Positions 1-14,660 of a stretch of DNA of 64,000 nucleotides are shown here, piece after piece. Position 1 is the first letter of the stretch, and the number at the start of each line of letters is the position of its first letter. A model generated the notes under the pieces. That model was given only the letters and a program-made list of their open reading frames with translations, made no database searches and had not been told where the DNA came from. The stretch comes from Octopus sinensis (taxonomy: Eukaryota). Location of the stretch: assembly GCF_006345805.1 (NCBI RefSeq), contig NC_042998.1, positions 101,060,001 through 101,124,000 of the forward strand, given 5' to 3'. Position numbers and translations under genes: made by a program.

Positions 1-104
1 CGTCTTTGCAAAAGCACAAGGATCTACGTAGTCTCTCGGACAAGAGTAATTCGTTCTCGAATTACACTCAACCTTCTATAAAACGATAGACAAATTTGAT
101 GAAT

Positions 105-270
<166 letters not shown>

Positions 271-284
271 TATTTTGGAAGTGC

Positions 285-400
285 ATGCCATAGTGATTAG
301 AGTGTTGCACTCAAGATTGTTGTTTCGATTCCTGGACCGGGCAATGCGTTACCTTTGATCAAAATATTACCCCAGCACTCTCTGCTGGCAAAGATGATTA
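285..400 (+). mobile_element. Degenerate tRNA-derived SINE fragment (family C)
   Basis: tRNA-like head (gtgattagagtgttgcactc...gtttcgattcctggaccggg), similar to the reverse complement of 47790-47965. Confidence 0.5.
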
Positions 401-411
401 AATATATATAT

Positions 412-531
412 CACCGTGATCACCGTGACCGACCAGGCTATCAGATGTTGCTACACATCGCTGGTCACAATACGCTTCGCATTGTTTTAGCCTTCAAATG
501 ACGCCACCCCGCTGGCTAAGTGAGCAGGCCA
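412..531 (-). repeat. Short dispersed repeat (family D), resembles an RTE LINE 3' end
   Basis: Near-identical to 25360-25476. Shares gtgaccagcg...tggtcggtca with the 3' end of the RTE fragment near 29030-29080. Confidence 0.6.
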
Positions 532-587
532 ATATATATATATATGAAATTATATATATATAGACACAGACGTAGCTGTGGGAATAA

Positions 588-751
588 GCGCGCAGGTGTG
601 GATGTGGGGTTAGAAGCTTGCTTCCCAACACATGGTTCTGGGTTCAGTCCTACGGCGTGGGACCTTTGGCGAGTGTCTTCTAAAATAGCCTCGGGCCGAC
701 CAAAGCCTTGTGAGTGGAGTTGGTGGATGGAAACTGAAAGAAGTCCGTCGT

Positions 752-790
<39 letters not shown>

Positions 791-1008
791 CTATATGTTT
801 GTATGTGTGTGTGTCTTTGTATCAGTGTTTAACTTGACAACCGGTGATGGTGTGTTTACGTCTCCGTAACCTAGCAGTTCAGCAAAAAACACCGATGGAA
901 TAAGTACTAGGCTTACGAAATAAGTCCTGGGGTCGATTTGTTCGGCTAAGCTCTCAAGGCAGTGCTCTAGCATAGCCGCAGTCAAATGGCTGAAACAAGT
1001 AGAAGAAA

Positions 1009-1010
<2 letters not shown>
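588..1010 (+). mobile_element. tRNA-derived SINE, family B (head, CORE-like segment, internal microsatellite, 3' body)
   Basis: Box A/B-like head (gctgtgtggtaag...ggttcagtcc) and a body matching the copies at 36661, 41545, 55685 and 61687. Confidence 0.85.

Positions 1011-1011
<1 letters not shown>

Positions 1012-1098
<87 letters not shown>
1012..1098 (+). repeat. (TA)n microsatellite
   Basis: Directly visible; one of many (TA)n, (CA)n, (TATG)n, (TAT)n and (CAT)n tracts in the window. Confidence 0.97.
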
Positions 1099-1100
<2 letters not shown>

Positions 1101-1446
1101 GTGTGGGTATATCTGTGTGCATATATGTCTTTTTTCTTCTGTCATGTTTATGAAAAAGTAAATGCATTTTAAGCATATCTTCGCTAGCAGACTTAAAATA
1201 AAAAAAATGTCAACCAGACATGCTCTCGCAACCAACCAAAAACATTTGCACAGACAAAGCACACGAACTGTAAAAGTATATTAAGTGAAAATATGAACAG
1301 CCAACAATCCTGACGCAGATAAGAGTTTATTTGAAGATTTGTGTAACACAAACAATAACAATACACAGATTATCACATTCATACACGTATACGTACCCTT
1401 GTGCACATATACACAGACAAACAAACTCCCACACACATGGACACAG

Positions 1447-1550
<104 letters not shown>

Positions 1551-2684
1551 TAGAAAACGCTTCACAAAGTGGAAATTCTCGAATTCAGATGACAGGAATG
1601 CACTATGGAAAGCTTGCTCTCTTTGCCCAATACTTTATCCAAGTGCACGATAGGATAAAGTTGAGCTTTGTGCATCCTCTAAAATGAATCAAATGAATCA
1701 AAATTAGCACTAGTTAATGTATGGGGCAATATTTTATTTATCGAACCAGTTGAAACGTGTACAATCTATCTGCTATCTCTTGTGTTCATCCTGTCTCCTG
1801 GATTTGTCCTTAGTTCCGAAAGGACACTTATGCGTCATTACATGGGTCAATGCAACACAAGGATGACAGCGAGGGGCATTGCCAGAAATACTAACAGGAA
1901 CACGGTCATGATCAAGATATTTCTCTATCAATAGACCACTCCAACTAATTTTAAACTGGTTCAGCCAGTTGACTATCTTCCTCCGTTCCAATCGGCGATA
2001 GCAATGATAAAATGATGAACAAATCGTTGGCATGACAGAACCAAGATCAAATCATTGAATAGGATTAGTGACTAATGTCATATTTATTTCTCTGACAATG
2101 CATAAGCACCATGCATATTCATTGCCGGCTGCGATTCGGTGGTGGAAAGATATAAGAGGCAATCTTTTATCTTTAAATTGTTTCAGCCATTGGACTGCAG
2201 CTACGCTGAGGCACCTATCATTAAAATTCGAAAGAGTGAGTTGCAAAAATCTGCGGCATTTCAAAATTTACAGTTATTAGTTTTGGCTTTTGCATTCTCA
2301 GTTCAAATTTATGCCTAGTTTGATTTCTCCTTTGACACTCTGCAATAGATAAAGTCAAAGTAACAGTAATATACTGCCATCAATAACCCTTGAAAGACTT
2401 GGTCTTATATCTAGTCACATCAATTTGTTACCTCTAGAAAAGGCAACATATACACAATAATTTTAGATTATGTTGATATTATAAAATCCAATGTACGTAC
2501 GTACGTATGTATGTATGTATGTATGTATGTATGTATGTATGTATGTATGTATGTATGTATGTATGTATGTATGTATGTATGTATGTATGTATGTATGTAT
2601 GTATGTATGTATGTATGCATATATACATCTGCATTGATTTATTATGATTCACTGTATACAACCGTCTATATACATACATATGTA

Positions 2685-2792
<108 letters not shown>

Positions 2793-2977
2793 CAATATCA
2801 TTGTTATTTTTAAAAGGAACACGTCGAAAGCAAAGAGATAAATGTGATTAAATATTTTCAATGTTAACGGACGATGAAAGAATTATGGAAAGAATGCTTC
2901 TCTACAATACTTTATTCACCGTATAATACAAAAGGACTTCCATTCTTCAATTATTGTTGTCGCCGCTGTTGTCGTCA

Positions 2978-3047
<70 letters not shown>

Positions 3048-3080
3048 TATTATTATTATTATTATTATTTATTATTATTA

Positions 3081-3114
<34 letters not shown>

Positions 3115-3233
3115 GGAATTTTCCTTTCTTACCTTTATTGTGTGATGTTTTCGAAATATATCGCTATCTTGGAAATGTTTCCCCGAAAGCACGTAATTTT
3201 ATCTTTATCGAAAGTATTCTTTGATATGAACTT

Positions 3234-3290
<57 letters not shown>

Positions 3291-4648
3291 TATAGATTTC
3301 TTTTGAAATAAGCATCTCGAAAAGTTATAGTGCAGTATTTATATCGCACAGATTAGTAGGAAAATCCATATGCACCTTTTATAATCGAAAAATATTGAGA
3401 CTAACTTTGTATAGGAAGTGGAGGTGACGAAGGCTTCCTACTTTTCCCCCCTCGTCATCATCATCATCATCGTCATCGTCGTCATCATCATCATCGTCAT
3501 CGTCGTTATCATCATCATCATCATCATCATCATCATTACTGTTGGCTGCAACAGTACCAGCAACAATAACGACAGTAGCAATAACATTTTGCATTGACAT
3601 TATCGTAAATTGAAAACTATCTGAAGTAGGGACATTATTGAAAAAGAGTTATTCCATAGAAGAATGTGGAAATATTGCCATACTGGTATTAATCGGCCTA
3701 TGCGTCACACACACACACACACACACATACATACACACACACACACACAGACACACACACACACACACAGACACACACACAGACACACACAGACACACAC
3801 ACACAGACACACACACACACACACACGCACGCACACACACACACACACACACCACATACTTATACATATATGTCTCTGTGTATGTATGATATATGTATAC
3901 CGGCGCATATGTACATCCCCGCCCGACATGTACATACTAATGGACACATACATTCACATCTCGTTACTGACAATGTCTGCGTATGAAAGGCACAGAAACA
4001 GACTGGATGTGATGAGCGAATTAATGACTGTAGCTTCATTGTTTCTACAGCAGAAATATTGATGTTGTTCAGATAGTTATCCTTGACTACTACGACGATA
4101 TCGGCGATGATGATAATGTTGATGATAATGATGAATAGGATAATAATGAAGATAACGATGACTACGATTTTCCAATGGCGTAGTATTTACGACGTGAAAC
4201 TATATTTTGAATGGAATGCAAATTGCTCTACCGAATTTGCCCAAGGCATAGTCCCCGTGGCCGGATTCTTAGAAGTTTCAAATCTCAAGTCAATTCCAGT
4301 TGAAGCTATTTTCACACGTGAACAGAAATTAGACCACTGATCTTCTATTGCGGCAACAACAGCAACAACGATAGGTTTGATGATGACGACGACGATGATG
4401 ACAATGAAGACGACGATGATGATGGTAATAATAATGATGATGATGACGGTGACTTCGGTGATAAAGACGACGTTGGTTATTATATTTTTGTGTTGTAAAG
4501 GTGATGTGAATGCTGCTGATGAATGACGACAATGAGTGCGATTATGATGATGATTATGTTGATGTTATTGATGTTGTTGTTGTTGTTGATGAAATGATAA
4601 CATGCCGTAACATTATCATTGTCAATAATTGCTGCAATCTATAAATGA

Positions 4649-4790
4649 CGGCGGCGAACTGGCAAAATCGTCAGCATCTCGGGCAAAATGCTTAGCGGCA
4701 TTTTGTCCGACTTTACGTTCTGAGTTAGATGCCAACTTTGCCTTTCATCCTTTTGGGGGTCGATAAAATAAGTACCAGAGGAATTGGTAG
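4649..4790 (+). mobile_element. SINE family A, degenerate and truncated
   Basis: ggcggcgaactggcaaaatcg...tttgcctttcatcctttt gggggtcgataaaataagtaccag matches the family A consensus seen at 37429. Confidence 0.75.
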
Positions 4791-6216
4791 TCGTTTTGCC
4801 AAAATTTGAACCTAATATTTACAGAAATCATCATCGTTGTTGCTATTGTCTAGCTTCTGGTGAGCTTATATCATGACCATTCTGCCTTTTGATTAGATCC
4901 TGTGCACCTTGAACCATATTACACGCTATATGGGGTTTAAGAGCAAAGAAGAAAATAGATTTTCCCGACATTCAGTTGGGTGATGGCAAGTTCTTCCAGC
5001 GTTTGAGTAAACACTTGTCGAAGTGGCGGTATTAATTAAATATTTCTGATCTAATTTTTAGAAATATTTCAGATTTATTTGTGGTATTTCTATAGGATGC
5101 CCTTCTTTGATGTAAATAACTCATAACGATTTTTTTCATTTCTGCATCTTCTGCATTTTCGTGAATATACTGTTTGATATCTAAAACATGTTCTTTAAAG
5201 CTCTAGTCATAACAGGACAGTTTTGTAGTATTTTTCTATTTTTCATTTCTGAAAGAAGAAATAACTTTTATATATTTGAAAAATGCAACAATTTTTAATC
5301 GTCCAGTGGTGTATATCACTCCAACAATATTATGAAACGAGTTGTGCTCCTTACAACATTTGCCTCAAAATATTGCCTGAAAATTTGCGTATCATTAACG
5401 TATGCTTCACCGATATTTCAGTAACAGCTTTATTTTCTTGTCTAATGATTTCTGAGTATTTCCTTTCATGAAATATCAAGTTATGATCAATTTCCATCAA
5501 CTATAGCTAAAGCTTCTTGAATCATTACTCTAAGTTTCACTCACTCAGTTATAGAAACAATTAAAGAAGAGGGGCAGAGTAATAATATATAAGAAAAAAT
5601 GTTTGTAAACATGTCAAAACATAAAAAATAAAAGGAACAGAATTTCTAAAACGATGTTAGTAAATGCATCACATTTATATATATGCAATTATTATGGATA
5701 TATTTGCAAGCAAAAACAAGTGATATGTTATTGTCCATAGTATCATATGTGTAAAATACAATAAAGTATGAAAGGTCGTTATTGTTAATGCAGATTTAGC
5801 AATTTTGAACTAATTATTGGAATTTTTGAATTATTTTGTAGACACATCCATCGATATTCATGTGGAATTTCCAAATATCAACTGGTTAAAATAGTTTATT
5901 TCTCATATAAGGATATACCAGAACATGGAAGATGGTCTGATATTGGGCAAAAAAGGGAAAAAATAAACAAAACAAAACATTCAATTATTTATCAACACTA
6001 CAACTGTTGTGTATCTTACACATATGATATCACGTATTTTTGTATGCCACAACTAAAGATATCACATGCTATACATATAAAAATTATATAACAGATTTTA
6101 TGACGAAATATAATGCATATTTCGATATGTATACTAATATTTTAATTACGTATTATCATGGTGCTATTTATCATCAAGCGTTTGATTAATCAGTGTTTCA
6201 GCTTGTATTATTATTG

Positions 6217-6408
6217 CAGTGAGCTGGCAGTAATGCTTAGCGGTACTTCGTCCGTCTTTGCGTTCAAAGTTCAAATTCTGCCAGGGTTGACTTTCCTTTT
6301 CATCCTTTCGGGGTCATTAACATAAGTACCAATTAAACACTGGGTCGATGTAATCGACTTAAATCCTCCCCCAAACCTGCTGGATTTGTGCCAAAATTTG
6401 GAACCTTT
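6217..6408 (+). mobile_element. SINE family A, degenerate
   Basis: gagctggcag...ttcaaattctgcc...catcctttcggggtc...gtcgatgtaatcgactt. Confidence 0.75.
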
Positions 6409-6444
6409 ATTATTATTATTATTATTATATTATTATTATTATTA

Positions 6445-6482
<38 letters not shown>

Positions 6483-6562
6483 ATAGTAACAACAACATTA
6501 ATAATAATAATAATATATATAGATATATATATATATGTAATATATATATATATATATATATA

Positions 6563-6596
<34 letters not shown>

Positions 6597-6599
6597 ATG

Positions 6600-7140
6600 T
6601 TAAAGGCTTGCCTAAGGAGGATACTAGACATCAGATGGAAGTCTTTAACACCAAACACCGTTATTCTTCAGCAAGCTAACACGTCTAGTATTGAAATGAT
6701 CCTCATGATCCTCATACACAATCAGATGCGTTGGGCTGGGCACCTTACTAGGATACAGGATGGCAGGTTGCTAAAGCAGATGTTTTACGGGGAGTTGCAG
6801 CGTGACAAACGTCCGAGACATAAACCTAAGAAACGTTTTAGGGATGCTGCCAAAAGCAACCTTAAGGCTCTTAATGTGAAAGTCGAAGACTAGGAGTAGA
6901 TGACTCGAGATGGATCGGTTTGGAAACAAATGACCTACAATAGATGTAAATCATTTGAAGCTCGAAGAACTGAACAATGTATTCTGTAACGAGCATTTCT
7001 ACAATCCCAGACACTTTTCTGCTTAAAAATATTTGTAAGATCTGCAGGAGAGTTTGTTTGTCAAGAACAGGACTTCTTGCTAGTCAGATAAGATCTCATG
7101 ACAGTATTTATTAATTGAAGAGATGGCCTTCTGTAAATAG
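6600..7140 (+). mobile_element. RTE-clade LINE 3' fragment (pseudogenised)
   Basis: LRRILDIRWK...QMRWAGHLTRIQDGRLLKQMFYGELQRDKRPRHKPKKRFRD is a typical RTE C-terminus. It is followed by a decayed terminal C2H2 finger (CKICRRVCLSRTGLLASQIRSH) and contains in-frame stops. Confidence 0.88.
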
Positions 7141-7164
7141 CGGCAATCATCATATGATATCTAT

Positions 7165-7223
<59 letters not shown>

Positions 7224-7375
7224 ACACACAACACACACACACACACATACACACACACATATGCATACACACACACACACATACACACACACATATGCAT
7301 ACACATGTACAAATATATAAATATGTTTGTATGTGTGTGTGTATATGTGTATATATGTATATGTATATACATACA

Positions 7376-7458
<83 letters not shown>

Positions 7459-7642
7459 GTGTGTGTGTGTGTGTGTATCATTTGAATGGATCGACCCCAG
7501 TACTTTCTTTTTAAGTCCAGTTCTTATTCTACATGTTGCTGAACGGCTAAGTTACGGGGACATAGACAAACCAACACCAATTTTGAAGCGGTGGTAGGGG
7601 ACAAACACAAACACCCGCACACCCACACATACACACGCAGAG

Positions 7643-7690
<48 letters not shown>

Positions 7691-7896
7691 AATGAAATTG
7701 CAGTGAAAGAAATGAAAAAGAAACCACAAGTGAGTGAGAAACCAAGCGAAAATGAGAGTGAAAACAGAGTTAACACGGAAATCAAAGAAGAAATTATAAA
7801 AAAGAGAAAATCAGTAGAAGAGATATGAAAAAAAAAATGATTTAAAAACATTCGACAAGTAGAACAACAAAAAAAGATGTCAAATGATCGATTTAC

Positions 7897-8093
7897 CGTG
7901 CGTTCATCCAGCAATATATGATAGGGTTGTACATAGAGTTGGACATAGCCATCCAGTAAATAATCAGAAATATCTGTTGAATGTATTGGTAGCTGTTGAT
8001 ACTGGGAAACGATGAAACTAGCAAGAAGTATAGATGCATTGGTAGCCAGCAGACAGCAAATATAATCACCACGACAATCATCATTTTAACCAC
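7897..8093 (-). CDS. TACR: Tachykinin receptor exon (TM6, ECL3, TM7), 197 bp
   Basis: Acceptor ttttcag|GTG GTT, donor CG|gtaaat. Encodes VVKMMIVVVIIFAVCWLPMHLYFLLVSSFPSINSYQYIQQIFLIIYWMAMSNSMYNPIIYCWMNA(R), with CWLP and NPxxY. Confidence 0.96.
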
Positions 8094-8679
8094 CTGAAAA
8101 ATGAAAATAAAATTTAAAAATTAATAAAAGAAGTACTAAAATTAAGCACGCAGAACTCAGTTTCTGCAATGATTATTCTCTTGTTAGAACCTTCAGTTTA
8201 TCTATCATTAGTATCTTTTTTCTCGTTGCTTTATGTAAAGCAGTTCACATTTAACTAGCCTAGAGCAAAGTAGAAAGAACAACGGCTTTCTACAGCTTCA
8301 ACTTGGCTTGCAGGCTGAGATATTTCTTCTTTCAAAAGTTCTTGTAAAGTCTATCGAAGACAATACCGGCTTTGGCAATTCTGCCGTTGACTACCATGTC
8401 AGTGTGGACGATTTTCCTGAATGGTATTTGAATCAGTCAACGGTCTGCATAGTCTGATATAGTTTATACAACCAATACATGTACATACATACATACATAC
8501 ATACATAAATACATACATACATACATACATACATACATACATACATACATACATACATGCATACATACATAATACACACACGCATACATACCTACATACA
8601 TACATACATACATGATACACACACGCATACATACATACATACATACATACATACATACATACATACATACATACATACA

Positions 8680-8710
<31 letters not shown>

Positions 8711-10132
8711 TTTATATGTCCATTGTAATCTCACGTGAGCGAATAAATCCATCGTTTTATTCCTTGTTAATTTTTTAATCGTAGAACTGGTAAGAGTCCT
8801 AAATGGCCAACGCAGTAAAATTCCAGTTTTCGATCCATGTTTCTTATTCCGACATTATAAGCTGCTCGGTGTTCTTCTACTATAATTATACTATTGTGTT
8901 TTTTTCCATCACAGCATTTGAATAAGAAAGGAAGGGGTGATGGCAAACTTGGTAGTGGGATGATGGAAATTCTACGATGAAAAATCAAACAACGTTTCAA
9001 ATCTGTGTGAGTATATGTGTGTTTATGTAAAGGGGAAGTATGTGAATGTTTGTTTGAGTGTGTGTGTGTGTGTGTTCAATGGAAGTGGGATGGTTAACAT
9101 TCAACTCTGAAAAAAAATCAAACAGCACTTCAACTTTGTGTGAGTATATGTGCGTATGTGTGTGCGTGTAGAAGGGAAGTATGTGAATGTATGTGTGAGT
9201 GAACCAGCGTGCTTTCAATAGTAAACGATGATCAATGTCACATCTCAAAAGATAACCACTAGATAACATTGACAAGTGTATCAATTTAGTTTACCATCCA
9301 TATTCTATCTGTTTTGTTAAAAATAATTATTAAAACCACACACACCTACACAAACATATACACATTCAAACTCATTAGAGAAAATAATTATTACCTGAGT
9401 GTATCAAGGATATAAAAGACTACAGTTGAAAGGGATATTACAATTTTGGTAACAAAAGAATTATTAAACTAAAAACTTAGTTTTGTACTTTATTTATATA
9501 TAAAATACTACAATTAGCTGACATTTTTGACGACACGGGGTCAGCTAGTATAGTTATACTAGATTCAGGCAAACAGATGTCACGAGAAGCAACGACTTAC
9601 TGCTGCAAGGAGAGAGAAATCTACAGTTTAACAGTATTTGATTCGATTATAGTTAAAATCCTTTGGTAGTCTATATGAATATATTTTCAGTTAGAGATGT
9701 CTGTGGAGACGTAATCGGATTATATAAATATGTAATATATATACACACACACAAACACACACCCAGAGAAATAGAGACACACATATGAATACATATGTAT
9801 ACAGATATACATTCATGTGCATTTGTATATGTGTGCATGTGTGTTTGTATGCCTATATGAGTGTATGTGTGCATGTGTGTGTGTGTGTGCATACACCCCA
9901 GCCACATATATATTTACATGTATGAGTATGCGTATATGTAAGTTTGTTGGTTATTATCTCCGAACATCCCATAATATTTTAAAACTGGAATTGATAAATC
10001 CATCGTTTTATTCCTTTTAATACTTTTTATTAACTGATCCCGGTCTACTATATTTTTTACTATATTTTATCTGTTTATACTCTATTATATCTGTAAATAC
10101 GTACGTTGATATGTTTATTTCAATTGTATATA

Positions 10133-11369
10133 CAGGGTTTGAGAGTTATTTCAGGATATATTTGGGATTTAATAAAACTTTAAATCTAGCAAAAAACCAA
10201 ATGCATTTTAATAAAAGTTTGTGCGCATGTTCTCGATAAGTTTTCTTTGATTATTCTATGAATTAGCCTTCAGCTTCGATGACTACTTCAATGTGGGACC
10301 GTAATTGTTGACCTAGCTGCGCTAAATAGTCTTTGTTGATTTTGGAGATCACCTGGAGAATGGTGGCCTTCAGTGAAGCAATGGTATTGTGAGGATATCA
10401 ATTAGACTTCCTTTTAACAACGCTTAAAACATACTAGTGTATGGGATTTAAATCTGTCGAGTTTGGAGGCCACAATCTTGGCATTACATGATCGTGGATA
10501 TTATCTGAGATTCATTCTTGGGTGAAGTGGCTTTGTGAGAAAGTTCTAAGTCTTGTTGAAACAACTATGGCCTTCAACTGCGTATTTAATCGATCCAGAG
10601 CCTAACAATTGTCTGCAGCACCTTAAGGTATCCAGCAACCATTAATTCTAAGACCCCATGGAAAGATGTAAGGTGGCATGACATGACCACTGTTACTCCT
10701 AAAACCATCACAATTGCTGGAATTTTAGTATGCATCATTCTAGGCACATAAAAAAAGTATCTGCATATAACCACCTTTCATTCCTTCTGTTGGAATTTTG
10801 GATTTAATAGAAGTTTTTCTTAAAAGAAAAGAACCAAAGCATGCCATGTTCGTAAGCGTTTTAAATCAAGTAACTACTTGACACAAATTAAGCAGTTTTC
10901 CTGTCATGGAAGATATGAATAGAGCTCTCCTCTGTACAAACAACATATTTCGAATATCATCGTGCACCACAGTTCTGATAATCAACTCCGATACTGGAAG
11001 TTAATTGACAAAATCTCTCAGTAAGTTTCCGGGGTCATTATCGATAATATTTCGAGCCCTTTGGATAAACTGTAGTTGTCCTTATTGTGTTCACACGTTT
11101 AGGGCGTTGTTTTTCTCCTTTATACAACTGAAATATTCTCGCCGGAGGTTTCGTAGTTTGAGTACAAAAGATCATCCAGCATTTAGAAAATTAGCAATTT
11201 CTAAATAGCCGTGTTCCACATATATGACAACAGTGACTGCATAACGTTTCATTTCTTATGTTAGTATTTAATCTGTCAAGGGGAACCTAAAAGAAATAAC
11301 ATTTTAATTTGTTTGAAGAGAGCTATTGCTCTCTGATAATTAAGTCCTGAAATACCCTCTCGCACCCTG
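10133..11369 (-). mobile_element. Full-length degenerate Tc1/mariner element, DD37D/maT type
   Basis: Imperfect TIRs (cagggtttgagagttatttcagga versus reverse complement cagggtgcgagagggtatttcagga), with TA on the left flank. Minus-strand remnants LEIANFLN, VPRMMHTKIPAIVMVLGV, WPPNSTDLNP and HIEVVIEAEG. Confidence 0.85.
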
Positions 11370-11749
11370 TGCATGTATATACGTATATACATACATACAT
11401 ACATACATACATACATACATGCATGTATATATATACATATATAAATGTGTGTGTATATGTGTATGAGTGTGCGCGCGCGTGCACGTATCTATTTTCCTTA
11501 ATCTGTTGGTTTGCTTCTGTTAATATGTATGTATATGTATGTGTTTAGTTTGTATGAATATATATATTTGTGCATGTATATCATTATAGATGATTCAGAA
11601 AAACATGTTTTTAAAATCTAATTTAATTTAATATAAAATAATTATGTATTATGATCGTGCAATTACACATTGGGTGCGTTTATCGTAACGAAACAGCTGT
11701 TGAGTGGAATAAAGGTATGAGTGATATGTGAAATGCTACTAAATATGTT

Positions 11750-12220
<471 letters not shown>

Positions 12221-12878
12221 TTACTCTGAAGAAATCAATTCGGTTTAAGTTTGCCAATAGAATGCAGACCAGTAAATACTCCTATTGTTTTTCTTTCTTA
12301 AAACAGATGGCATCTTTTGAATACGAATTAATGTGGGCCAGTAGTGGCTTGGTCTGAAATCAGAGTGATGTTTGTTTTGGTGTTGGCGGTGATGTTGAGG
12401 ATGTTACTGGTGGTGGTGCTGGAGGTGGTGGTGATAAATAATTTTCAAAACGTTATTTTTCTCAATACAGTTCTAAATACAATGAAAGCACCACACAAGG
12501 TCAGTATCTGACAACAACGTAAGTGGTATTTTCGCAGGCAAATCAGAACAATGCACTAATCGATGTTCTGTGTGAATGAACGAATAAATGAATGAGGGAA
12601 TAAAGGAATGACTTCTAAGAAAGAAAGAATTTGCAAAAACTAAATAAAAACATATTCCTCCCCACCAAAAAATAAACAAAATACCAGAACAAGAAAACAA
12701 CACGAAAAACAGACAAAATATATGACAATAATGAAATAGTCCAAATAATGACGGGACTAAGAAAGAAAAGTACGAAAAGGAATGAAAAAATAACAATAGA
12801 AAATAGAAGGAAGAGAAAAAGGTAGGGTGAGATATGGAAATAGATAGATGGATGAGATAGAGATAAATACAGGTAGGG

Positions 12879-12917
<39 letters not shown>

Positions 12918-13143
12918 GAGAGATAGAGAGAGATAGAGATAGAGATAGAGATAGATAGAGAGAGAGAGAGATAAAAGAGATAGAGAGATAAAAACTTGAT
13001 CAAAAACCTCGCTAAAATCCAAACGAAAAATAACAAAAAAAAGAAGACAACTAACAAAAAGAAGGAAGAAAAAAAAGAACTTAACTTTATAATTCTTAAT
13101 TGGAACTTAACAAAACATGACCAAAACTTCTGCAGAACAATAG

Positions 13144-13210
<67 letters not shown>

Positions 13211-13754
13211 CGCACACACACATACTCGCACACATGAATGCACACCCACTCGTTTACGCGCACATATCCACGTACAAATGTATGCATACACATACATTCA
13301 CACATACACCCACGCGGCCAAGCTTGCAGCAAAGCAGGATTCTACCAGGAAACTACAACATTATTATTAAGATGTTTGTTCTTCAAAGATAAAAGAATTA
13401 GAGATAATTGCAGCAAGAATATGAAGACAATGTCTTTGACAGGAGAAAAAATACAGACACAACAATAATATAAAATAATAACAAAACAAAAGAGACAAGA
13501 CAAGACTAGTAATAATGATGAATAAGAAGAGAAGAACGAACGACTAAAGCTGCTTCATAGAGACAAACATTCGTGCTTATTTGTCATAATTATATGTAAG
13601 AGAATGTGGATACCTTTATGAATGCAGATTGGCATGTATGTGCGTCTGCATGTGTATGTGTCTTGCGTGATATATGGCATAAAATATGCATTTATGTATG
13701 TATGTATGTTTGTATGTATGTGCATATATATATATGAGTGTGTGTGTGCATATA

Positions 13755-13785
<31 letters not shown>

Positions 13786-14199
13786 AATAAATACACATTT
13801 ATATATGTGTGTATATATATATATTCATATATATATGCAAAAAGACATAGACACATATGCATATATATATATATATACATATATATATACATATATATGC
13901 GTATATATATATATATTTTTATATATATGTATGTATATATGTATACACACACATATATATATATGGATGGATATATTTATATATGTATGCATATATGAAC
14001 TTGTATATGCATAAATATATGCATATACATGTACATACCATACAAAGTACTGATTGTGAAATGGAGTGGGAAATAGAAAATGCTTCATCATGAATATGAC
14101 AGATGCATGCGAGTGAATGACCAAAGCTGAAAGTAAAGATGAAATCCCCACCGAGTAATAAAAAAAATAGCAGCTGAATGGCTGGTTGATGCTGCTAAC

Positions 14200-14660
14200 G
14201 CTGTATCCAGCTTATTTTAGTGGCTGCACGGATGAAAGAGAGAAAATAAATTACAGTGTGGTCCAAAAGTATAAAGATACTTCTTGGAAATGTGCCTCAA
14301 TTCCCGGTCAATTAGACAGCGGAGCTCGAATGACATAGCTGATTGTTATCAGTGCAGAAGTTAAGCATCATTGGAGCATATTCTGGCAGCCTGTAAATCA
14401 CCCACTACAGAATATGCCTAATGGCATAACCAAGTCTTGAATATTCTTACTGGGTCACTAAAACAATGACACTGCAGCATTAATGCCATGAGAACCAACA
14501 CAAAATTGCACCTTGTTATTTTCTGCAATGAGGTAGAGAAAGAATAATACAGGAGTGTAAACAATTAAGCTCAATAGCCAGACTTTTGAGTGGTGATAAT
14601 GATTGGGAAGTGAAAGTGAATTTGAAGAGCTTTTATTCCCAAATCATATTGCACTAAATG
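14200..14660 (+). mobile_element. Degenerate fragment of an RLE-type non-LTR retrotransposon (HERO/NeSL-like), zinc knuckle region
   Basis: CYQCRS*ASLEHILAACKSPTTEYA*WHNQVL (14344-14439) and LLSGDNDWEVKVNL (about 14583-14624) match the CxxC...LEHILSxC...RWRHDQVL and LLxxAxDWxLxVDL motifs of HERO-like elements. Confidence 0.6.

Noticed and set aside
1773-2250. Candidate last receptor exon: gccgcag|A TTT gives a phase-compatible RF, and the frame runs about 160 codons with one TGA at 2052
   Set aside because: The acceptor is weak and the helix 8 motif FRxGFxxxF of tachykinin receptors is missing. The true last exon is probably left of the window.
4083-4340. Unique-looking stretch open on both strands between microsatellites
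   Set aside because: No recognisable motif and no convincing splice sites in the required phase.
9520-9560. Possible Helitron 3' end (acacggggtcagctag|t)
   Set aside because: The subterminal GC hairpin is incomplete and no 5' TC end was identified.
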